Of a stretch of 64,000 nucleotides of DNA, positions 53,820 to 61,632 are shown in pieces (position 1 is the first letter of the stretch; each line of letters starts with the position of its first letter). The DNA comes from a virus (Duplodnaviria > Heunggongvirae > Uroviricota > Caudoviricetes). The stretch is from the IMG/VR virus record IMGVR_UViG_3300042891_002054. The stretch is one strand, 5' to 3'. The notes beneath the pieces are model-generated. The model did not search any database, had not been told where the DNA came from, and saw nothing but the letters and a program-made list of their open reading frames with translations. A program made the position numbers and the translations under genes.

Positions 53820-55499
53820 TTATTTACCTTTAATTAGAAATTCTTGTTGTATATATTTAATATTAATAGAATTTTCAGGATTTTGTATTAGTACACGATT
53901 ATCCGGAGTTTTTACAATAACCTCTAGATCAACTGTAGGAGAGATTACTTGTTTATTGGTATTTGTTATTAATATTGTTTGTGGATCAGATTTAATTAGA
54001 TATTCATTAGGAATATGTTTAATTAAGATCAGATAATTTTTACTTAACCTAATAACTATTAATTTTGCATCAGCAGATACTATTGCGCCAGCTAGAGCAT
54101 TTAATTGTATTTTTGTAGTTAGAGCAGCTGCTGTTGTTGTGTTGGACTTACACGATAGAGAAACTAGCTGGATACTATTTGTTAGCGCAGCTTTATTGGT
54201 TACAACACAAGTATCGATAGATGCTAGTTGTATCTGGGTAGTTAACCCAGCTGATGCAGTGGTTCTTGTACTTGTTGCAGCAGCTAATTGAATAGAATTA
54301 ATTAATTGTGCAGAGTTTGTTACAACACAATAGTCACGAGATTCTAGTTGTATCTGGGTTGTTAAACCAGCTGAGCTGGAACTTCTAGAAGAAACAGTTG
54401 TAGCTAATTGGATAGAATTAATTAATTGTGCAGAGTTTGATACAAAACAAGTATCGATAGATGCTAATTGTATCTTGGTGGTTAAACCAGCTGAGCTGGA
54501 ACTTCTAGAAGAAACAGTTGCAGCTAGTTTAATAGAATTAATTAATTGTGCAGAGTTTGTTACAACACAAGTATCGATAGATGCTAATTGTATCTTGGTG
54601 ATTAGACCAGCATTATTAACTATTGTTCTAGCAGTAATCCCACTAGCTAATTTAATGTTATTTGTTAGTGCAGCTCTAGCAGTACAGTTAGTTTTTACTG
54701 TGGAGAAAACTGCAGGATCAGCAATAAATGCTGAAACTGAAGAAATTGACTGAACCTCAGCATCAAGTTGTATTTGAGTGTTTAATGTACCAGATGTAGA
54801 AACCGATGAAATACTAGGTACTGCTATTAATTGGATACTTGTATCTAGATCAGCCCTATTGGTTACAACACAATAGTCACGAGATTCTAGCTGTATAGCA
54901 GTTGTTAAATCAGCAGATGCAACAGTTCTTGTACTTGCTGCAGCAGCTAATTGGATAGAATTAATTAATTGTGCAGAGTTTGTTACAACACAAGCATCGA
55001 TAGATTCTAATTGTATAGCAGTTGTTAACGAAGATCTTTGAGAAACTACACTAGAACTAGAGGTAGCTAAATTTACACTTGTCGTTAAGTTGGCAGATGT
55101 TCTTGCTAGTGCTGCAATTGAAGTATTTAATTTAACTTGGGTTGCTAAATCTGCTCCGGTTCTTGCTAGAGCAGCAGCACTAGCCGCAAGATTAATCTGT
55201 GTATTAAGTGTGAGTGTTCCTAGTGTAACAACACTTCTAGCAACAGCAGTAAATCGTATAGCAGTTGTTAGATTAACAGATGTTCTAACCGTTGAGATTG
55301 CAACAGCTGCAAATTGTATAGCAGTTGTTAGGTTACTAGAAGATTTTGCAGTACAAGTAATCGAAGAATTTAACGGTTTTGCTACCAATAAATTGACCGA
55401 TACTGTGCATGAGCATGTAACTGTCGCAGCAAGCTCAGCTGCTGGACCTATCCCTGAGGATGATATTGGATTAGAACTTAAAGGAAAAAACCCTAGCAT
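53820..55499 (-). CDS. Repeat-containing fibre-like structural protein (40-aa / 120-nt tandem repeats)
   Basis: Internal repeats of the type '...LTTxIQLASIDTCVVTNSAQLINSIQLAA...'. The DNA shows 120-nt periodicity between about 54180 and 54980. Ser/Thr/Ala-rich. Confidence 0.6.
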   Translation of the reverse strand: MLGFFPLSSNPISSSGIGPAAELAATVTCSCTVSVNLLVAKPLNSSITCTAKSSSNLTTAIQFAAVAISTVRTSVNLTTAIRFTAVARSVVTLGTLTLNTQINLAASAAALARTGADLATQVKLNTSIAALARTSANLTTSVNLATSSSSVVSQRSSLTTAIQLESIDACVVTNSAQLINSIQLAAAASTRTVASADLTTAIQLESRDYCVVTNRADLDTSIQLIAVPSISSVSTSGTLNTQIQLDAEVQSISSVSAFIADPAVFSTVKTNCTARAALTNNIKLASGITARTIVNNAGLITKIQLASIDTCVVTNSAQLINSIKLAATVSSRSSSSAGLTTKIQLASIDTCFVSNSAQLINSIQLATTVSSRSSSSAGLTTQIQLESRDYCVVTNSAQLINSIQLAAATSTRTTASAGLTTQIQLASIDTCVVTNKAALTNSIQLVSLSCKSNTTTAAALTTKIQLNALAGAIVSADAKLIVIRLSKNYLILIKHIPNEYLIKSDPQTILITNTNKQVISPTVDLEVIVKTPDNRVLIQNPENSINIKYIQQEFLIKGK

Positions 55500-55534
55500 G
55501 CTCTCTCTTGGTTAAATGATTACTTATAATCAAT

Positions 55535-55542
55535 TATTTATA
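55535..55542 (-). promoter_or_regulatory. T4-type late promoter box TATAAATA on minus strand
   Basis: Plus-strand 'tatttata' reads TATAAATA on the minus strand, about 36 nt upstream of the minus-strand ATG at 55499. Confidence 0.4.
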
Positions 55543-55601
55543 AGTCACCAAACGATTTAATAAATAGTTTATAATTCATTAAGTAAACTTAAAAATCATT
55601 T

Positions 55602-58600
55602 ATGGCTTTAATAATTAAAGATAGAGTTAAAGAAACAACAACAACATCCGGTACAATACCATTTGTTTGCACAGGAGCTGTTAACGAGTTTCAAACATTT
55701 GCTGCATCTATTGGTGATGCAAATACGACATTATATGCCGCAGAAGATATTGGCGGTATTAATTGGGAAGTTGGGGTTGGTCAATATGTTCTTGCAAACA
55801 ACTCATTATTAAGGACAACTGTTCTTGCTAGTTCTAATAACAATAGCATTGTTAATTTTTCAGCAGGACCTAAAAATATTTTTGTTACTGTTCCTGCTGA
55901 TTATACTGCATTAACTTCAAGGGATTTAACTCAATTTGCTCCAACTACATCTGCTAATTTATTTTCAATAATAACTGACGAAACTGGTACTGGTTCATTA
56001 GTATTTGCTAATGATGCTGTATTATCGAATACTACCATTAGTGGTGGATTAGTTATTGATCAAACGCAAGAAACCTTAACTAAAACAACTGGTGTTGAGG
56101 GTTGGGGATATGTAAATAGTTTTTCTATTGTTGGGCAAGAAAATAATTCACTTGGCATTAGTATGTCTAGTGATGGCACTAAAATGTATGTTGTTGGATC
56201 TACTAATGATACAGTCTATCAATATACTTTATCTACTGCTTTCAGTGTTTCAACCGCTACTTATTCTGGGTTATCATTTAGTGTAAATACAACTGCTGGA
56301 ACACCAACTTCATTATTCTTTAAACCAGATGGAACATCATTTTATATTACTAATGATTCAACTACTGATACAGTTCAACAGTTTAATTTATCAACTGCAT
56401 GGAATATTTCTACTGCTAGTTATGTAACTGCATATACATTTACACAAGATACAGTTCCAGTTGGGTTAGTATTTAGTCCAGATGGCACTAAAATGCATGT
56501 TATTGGAGATACTAATAATACTGTTTATCAATTCGCATTATCGACACCATGGGATTTAACAACTACTGCTACAACTCCTACTTATACATTCTCAGTTGCT
56601 ACTCAAGAAACTTCACCAACCGGTATTGAATTTAATAGCGATGGCACTAAAATGTATATTGTTGGTTTAGGTGTAGATGCAATATTACAATATAATTTAT
56701 CTACACCATGGAATATAACAACTGCGGTCTATGATAGTAGATTAATTGCTGCAGCAGGTGGTGCTTATATTAGTAATATCACTGATATCTATATTGATAT
56801 TAGTAATAATATCGCCTTATTAATTGATAATAGTGCTGATAGAGTGTTTCAATTTACAACAAATACTAATGCATTAAAAGTTATTGGTAATCATGTTATA
56901 ATTGATCCTAAAACTATATTTAATAATGAATTAATAACACGTGGTAATGCGCATTTTTGGAATCCTGTTCAAGTTAATTCTACATTAGGTGTTACTGGAA
57001 CTTTAACAGCAGCTTCAACAATAACATTAAGCGGTGCAACCACTAGTGCAACAACAATTGGAACTGCAGCAACAACTGGAACAACAACTATTGGTGGAAC
57101 AGGTCAAACTGGATTAATTCAAATTGGTCAATCAACTGTTACACAAACTTTAAATTTAGGAACAGGTGCAACATCTAGTGGTAGCATTAAAACTATTAAT
57201 ATTGGTACAGCTGGAGTTAGTGGTTCAAATACTAATATTAGTATTGGTAGCCCTTCTTCTGGTGGGAATACATATTTCTATCAACCACTTGACGTTTTTG
57301 GTGGTATATTAACTGTTAGAAGAAACACCACACAATTTTTAACTATACAAAATGACAATACCACAGTATCTCCTTTTATTAAAAGTTTTAGTGCTAACAA
57401 TAATGCAAAACCGTTAATTTTTGATAATTCTACTTTAGATGTAACTCCAGTTGTCGCTGGAAATTTGGGTTATTCATTTAGAATTAATGGAACCACCGTA
57501 TTTAATATTGACACTAGCGGAACAAGTATTTTTACCAATACTTCTTCAGGTCCTGCTGTTAAAATTAATCAAACAGGCGATGGACCTGCATTATTAGTAG
57601 AAGATGGAGCTACTCCAGATTCAACCCCATTTGTGGTAGATGCTAATGGTAGCGTTGGTATTGGTACAACAAGCCCAACTGCGAAATTAGATGTCGCTGG
57701 TTCAGTTAAAATATCTCAAGATTTATCTGTTTCTGGTAATGTTTATATCTCTGGAAACACAACAACCCTAAGTTCAAATAATTTAGTAATTAATGACTCA
57801 ATTATTTACTTGGCAAATAATAATCCAGCTAATTTAAATGATATTGGTTTTGTTGGTAATTTTACTTCAGGATCGTATCAACATACTGGATTTGTTAGAG
57901 ATGCTACTGATGGTGTTTGGAAACTATTTTCCAATGTTGTATCTGAACCAACGAATACTGTAGATTTCTCTTTAGCAGTTTATGATAGTATTAGAGTTGG
58001 TAATGTGTATGGTACTGTATATGGTAACGCCAATACAGCAACTGCTCTAGCTACTGGAAGAACTATTGAGTTATCTGGAGCAGCAACAGGCACTGCAACC
58101 TCATTTGATGGTTCTCAGAATATAACGATTCCTGTTACCTCGCTAAATTCTGCTAATTTAACAGGAACAATTTCTAATAGTTTATTAAATGTTGGTACAA
58201 CATCGTCCTCTGGTATTGTTCAATTAACAGATAGTGTTTCTAGTACAAGTACAACAACAGCTGCCACCGCGAACTCTGTGAAAACTGTTTATGATTTAGC
58301 TGATACAAAATATTCTAGTTCTGGCGGTACTATTAACGGCAACGTTAATATAGCAGGAACATTGGCAATTACTTCTAATACATTAGTTGCGAATTTAAAT
58401 TCTGATTTATTGGATGGAAAACATGTTGGAACAAGTGGTAGCGCGATTGCTGCATTAGATGGAAACAATACTTGGGGTGGTACACAACAATTTAATAATA
58501 ATATCGTTATCACTGGGACAAGTGGTAGTTCAATATTACGAATAACTCAAACTGGAACTGGTAATGCACTAACTGTAGAAGATGAGACTAACCCTGATTC

Positions 58601-59048
58601 TAGCCCATTTGTTGTAGATGCTAATGGTAGTGTTGGTATTGGTACCAGTTCTCCCAACTTCAAGTTACAAGTAGTTGGTTCTTTTGCTGCTACCAGTAAA
58701 TCGTTCTTAATTGACCACCCAACTAAAACTGGAATGTATTTGCGATATGGTAGTTTGGAATCGCCATATCATGGGATCAGATTAACTGGCGAAGCTACAA
58801 TTACAGGTAAAACCGTAACAGTTAAATTACCGGATTATATTCATGCATTAGTAAAATCCGATGGTTGTCAAATACAACTCACAAATATTAAACACGATAA
58901 AGTTCTTTGGGTTGATAATATAGATATTGAAAATGATTGTTTTACGATTGGCATGGATAGAAAATTTTTTGATAGAAAACCTTACTCATTCTATTGGTCA
59001 TTTACTGCTATTAGAAAAGATATAGAAGATATGGAAGTGGAATTTTAA
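55602..59048 (+). CDS. Large tail-fibre protein (1148 aa) with duplicated 'VGIGTTSPTAKLDVAGSV' segments and 'NLNSDLLDGKH' motif
   Basis: Ser/Thr/Gly/Asn-rich beta-structure composition. Two copies of 'PFVVDANGSVGIGT(T/S)SP..KL.V.GS' sit near nt 57640 and 58630. Confidence 0.65.
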   Translation: MALIIKDRVKETTTTSGTIPFVCTGAVNEFQTFAASIGDANTTLYAAEDIGGINWEVGVGQYVLANNSLLRTTVLASSNNNSIVNFSAGPKNIFVTVPADYTALTSRDLTQFAPTTSANLFSIITDETGTGSLVFANDAVLSNTTISGGLVIDQTQETLTKTTGVEGWGYVNSFSIVGQENNSLGISMSSDGTKMYVVGSTNDTVYQYTLSTAFSVSTATYSGLSFSVNTTAGTPTSLFFKPDGTSFYITNDSTTDTVQQFNLSTAWNISTASYVTAYTFTQDTVPVGLVFSPDGTKMHVIGDTNNTVYQFALSTPWDLTTTATTPTYTFSVATQETSPTGIEFNSDGTKMYIVGLGVDAILQYNLSTPWNITTAVYDSRLIAAAGGAYISNITDIYIDISNNIALLIDNSADRVFQFTTNTNALKVIGNHVIIDPKTIFNNELITRGNAHFWNPVQVNSTLGVTGTLTAASTITLSGATTSATTIGTAATTGTTTIGGTGQTGLIQIGQSTVTQTLNLGTGATSSGSIKTINIGTAGVSGSNTNISIGSPSSGGNTYFYQPLDVFGGILTVRRNTTQFLTIQNDNTTVSPFIKSFSANNNAKPLIFDNSTLDVTPVVAGNLGYSFRINGTTVFNIDTSGTSIFTNTSSGPAVKINQTGDGPALLVEDGATPDSTPFVVDANGSVGIGTTSPTAKLDVAGSVKISQDLSVSGNVYISGNTTTLSSNNLVINDSIIYLANNNPANLNDIGFVGNFTSGSYQHTGFVRDATDGVWKLFSNVVSEPTNTVDFSLAVYDSIRVGNVYGTVYGNANTATALATGRTIELSGAATGTATSFDGSQNITIPVTSLNSANLTGTISNSLLNVGTTSSSGIVQLTDSVSSTSTTTAATANSVKTVYDLADTKYSSSGGTINGNVNIAGTLAITSNTLVANLNSDLLDGKHVGTSGSAIAALDGNNTWGGTQQFNNNIVITGTSGSSILRITQTGTGNALTVEDETNPDSSPFVVDANGSVGIGTSSPNFKLQVVGSFAATSKSFLIDHPTKTGMYLRYGSLESPYHGIRLTGEATITGKTVTVKLPDYIHALVKSDGCQIQLTNIKHDKVLWVDNIDIENDCFTIGMDRKFFDRKPYSFYWSFTAIRKDIEDMEVEF

Positions 59049-60211
59049 TGGGTATCTCCTATAATCCAGGAGCAGTTACTGATGGATTGGTCTTGTGTTT
59101 AGACGCAGCTAATCCAAAAAGTTTTAGTCCAAATGTACATCCTTATCCAACTGATTTGTATGGATGGCAATCAGCTGGGAATGCTTGTACGCTATCGCGC
59201 GATACATCGATGAGTTCTCCAGTTGGTAATATGCCGATGAAAATGGTTGTTACTGGCAATGATCCTTATCAGAATACGACCGGTATGAAATTGGCGGATG
59301 CGGTCACTGGTCAAACTTGGACAGTTAGTGCATATGTTAAAGGTTCTGTAACTACAACAGGACAATTGTTTATATTAGGATTAAATTCATCCAATGGATA
59401 TGTTGAAGCACCATCTGGAGTAATTAATATAACTCCAGATTGGACTCGTGTTTCATTTACCACAACATTAACTAATGCTAATACCGTAGGTATTGCAATA
59501 AGATTAGATGGAACTAATGCTAGTGGCACAGGAAATATTATTTGGTGGGATGGCGTTCAAGTTGAGCGTTCATCAACCGTTACTACTTTTAATCCATTTA
59601 CTAATACAAATAGATCAAACTGGACTAATCTTATAAATTCAACAAATGCAACTTTGTATGCTAGTCCGGTATTTGGTTCAAATATGTTAACGTTTGATGG
59701 TTCTACTAATTACGCAGATTTTTCCGCAGGAACGTTAGGTGATGTTATTACTGTTGAAATGGTAGCGAAAATTAAAAGTTTTAGTAGCAGAATGCCGTTT
59801 GGATTTACTGGTTATGATATGTGGGCGACTGTAGGGGAACTAGGGTTCAATACCGGAGCAAGCGATCGATATGGGTTAACGTCAACTCAGGTAACAAATC
59901 TTGGGTTATTGAATACCTGGAAACATTATTGTTTTGTAATGGTTAACAATACATCGTTATCAAGCAACCCCTATACAAGTAATAAAATGTACATTGATAC
60001 TGTTAATCAAACATTATCACAAACGGCTGGTACTCAAAACGCAGCGCCTCGTAATTTTACCGCAGGTACTGGTAGAATATCTGGTTGGTTGGATAATTCT
60101 AGTTATAAAATTCCCATGGATTTGATAACATTTAAAATATACAATAAGCAATTATCTCAGACGGAAATTCAACAAAATTTTAATGCGTTACGTGGGAGAT
60201 ATGGATTATGA
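59048..60211 (+). CDS. LamG/concanavalin-A-like lectin-domain structural protein (paralog A)
   Basis: N-terminal 'GLVLCLDAANPKSF' and C-terminal '...YNKQLSQTEIQQNFNALRGRYGL', typical of the Laminin_G_3 jelly roll. Confidence 0.5.
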   Translation: MGISYNPGAVTDGLVLCLDAANPKSFSPNVHPYPTDLYGWQSAGNACTLSRDTSMSSPVGNMPMKMVVTGNDPYQNTTGMKLADAVTGQTWTVSAYVKGSVTTTGQLFILGLNSSNGYVEAPSGVINITPDWTRVSFTTTLTNANTVGIAIRLDGTNASGTGNIIWWDGVQVERSSTVTTFNPFTNTNRSNWTNLINSTNATLYASPVFGSNMLTFDGSTNYADFSAGTLGDVITVEMVAKIKSFSSRMPFGFTGYDMWATVGELGFNTGASDRYGLTSTQVTNLGLLNTWKHYCFVMVNNTSLSSNPYTSNKMYIDTVNQTLSQTAGTQNAAPRNFTAGTGRISGWLDNSSYKIPMDLITFKIYNKQLSQTEIQQNFNALRGRYGL

Positions 60212-60951
60212 GTTTAAACCATTCTCCATCTATCATTACCAGTAATCTATTATTATGTTTAGATGCTGCTAATGTAAAAAGTTATCCTGGTTCTGGTTCT
60301 AGTATAGTAGACGTTAGTGGTAACGGAAATACTTTTACGTTAAACAATCCATCTTATTATTCTTATGATAATGCTACAAAATCAATAAATTTTACTCGTG
60401 ATGCGTCTACTAAAATAGGTGGATATGCTGTACGAAACACAAGCGGATTATTAGGTTCGCAAAGCTATTTGTATAATGATCATACCACTGAAGTGTGGGC
60501 TAGAATTAACGATGCTGCTCCTGGTAATTATGATGCAACCGAGACGTTTAGTGCATTAATTGCATATCAAGGTTATCATTGTATGTTTTTGTATAACTCT
60601 ACTGTACTCAGATACAGTTTATGGACTAATACAGGTCCGGCTAATCCGATGACATCTAGTTTAGTTATTGGTACTGATATAATAGTTGGAAATTGGTTTC
60701 AAGTTGTGGTTACTAAAAGCGGTTCAATTTTTAATACTTATCTAAATGGTGTGTTGAAAAAAACTGATACTATAGATACTATTCCATTTACTGGGGTTCA
60801 AAGTGTATTGCGTGTTGGTGCTGCTAATGTTGGTAGTTATTCGTATTATTCCAAATCAAATATTAGCAATGTTAAGATGTATAATCGCACATTAACTGAA
60901 TTAGAAGTTAAACAAAATTTTAATTCATTGAGAGCTAGATTCGGGCTTTAA
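60208..60951 (+). CDS. LamG/concanavalin-A-like lectin-domain structural protein (paralog B)
   Basis: 'LLLCLDAANVKSY' ... 'YNRTLTELEVKQNFNSLRARFGL'. Paralogous to 59048..60211. Confidence 0.5.
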   Translation: MSLNHSPSIITSNLLLCLDAANVKSYPGSGSSIVDVSGNGNTFTLNNPSYYSYDNATKSINFTRDASTKIGGYAVRNTSGLLGSQSYLYNDHTTEVWARINDAAPGNYDATETFSALIAYQGYHCMFLYNSTVLRYSLWTNTGPANPMTSSLVIGTDIIVGNWFQVVVTKSGSIFNTYLNGVLKKTDTIDTIPFTGVQSVLRVGAANVGSYSYYSKSNISNVKMYNRTLTELEVKQNFNSLRARFGL

Positions 60952-60983
60952 ATAAATATAGGATATAAACAAAGGAATTTTCA

Positions 60984-61502
60984 ATGGCATTGTCTGACAA
61001 AAATATCGTAATCACGCCAAATATAGGACAATCAGCAGATCCTACTATTGTGTTTTCTGGTGCAGATTCTACTACATCGGCTCAAAATATAGCATTATCT
61101 GTTTATCCTGCATCTAACGGAACATTAAGTTTTGATGGTTCAGCTGGTCAATTATTTTCCATTACAAATAGTTTAACTGGTACTATATTTTCAGTTAATG
61201 ACGTTTCTGGCATTCCTAGTATAGAAGTATTAGATACTGGTGTAGTTAAATTAGCGCAATATGGCGGTAATGTTGGTATTGGTACAACTAGCCCAACTGC
61301 AAAATTAGATGTTGCTGGGTCGGTTAATATAGCAGGCACATTGGCAATTACTTCTAATACCTTAGTTGCTAATTTAAATTCTGATTTATTGGATGGAAAA
61401 CATGTTGCAAATACTGGTAGTGCAATCGCTGCGCCAAATGTTATCAATTCTTGGCCAGTTAAACCTGTAGCTAAATGGAAAAATTTAAACGTACAATCGT
61501 AG
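60984..61502 (+). CDS. Short tail-fibre-related protein, mosaic of segments duplicated from the 1148-aa fibre gene
   Basis: nt 61274-61330 and 61325-61435 are near-identical (over 90%) to nt 57657-57712 and 58340-58450 respectively. Confidence 0.5.
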   Translation: MALSDKNIVITPNIGQSADPTIVFSGADSTTSAQNIALSVYPASNGTLSFDGSAGQLFSITNSLTGTIFSVNDVSGIPSIEVLDTGVVKLAQYGGNVGIGTTSPTAKLDVAGSVNIAGTLAITSNTLVANLNSDLLDGKHVANTGSAIAAPNVINSWPVKPVAKWKNLNVQS

Positions 61503-61592
61503 GATAATTAATTTCTGGATTTAACATATTATGTGATGGGGGTTAACAGTATTTAACATCAATTCATACAAAACAAAAATAAAAAACGCTAA

Positions 61593-61600
61593 TATAAATA
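61593..61600 (+). promoter_or_regulatory. T4-type late promoter box TATAAATA
   Basis: Exact TATAAATA, 33 nt upstream of the GTG at 61633, which is preceded by SD 'aaaaggaag'. Confidence 0.45.
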
Positions 61601-61632
61601 GTTGTAAAATTTTTACTAAAAGGAAGTAAACG

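Noticed and set aside
54475-55515. Plus-strand ORFs 54475..54753 and 55090..55515
   Set aside because: They are antisense to the minus-strand repeat protein gene 53820..55499, which has much stronger coding support (length, repeat structure, late promoter).
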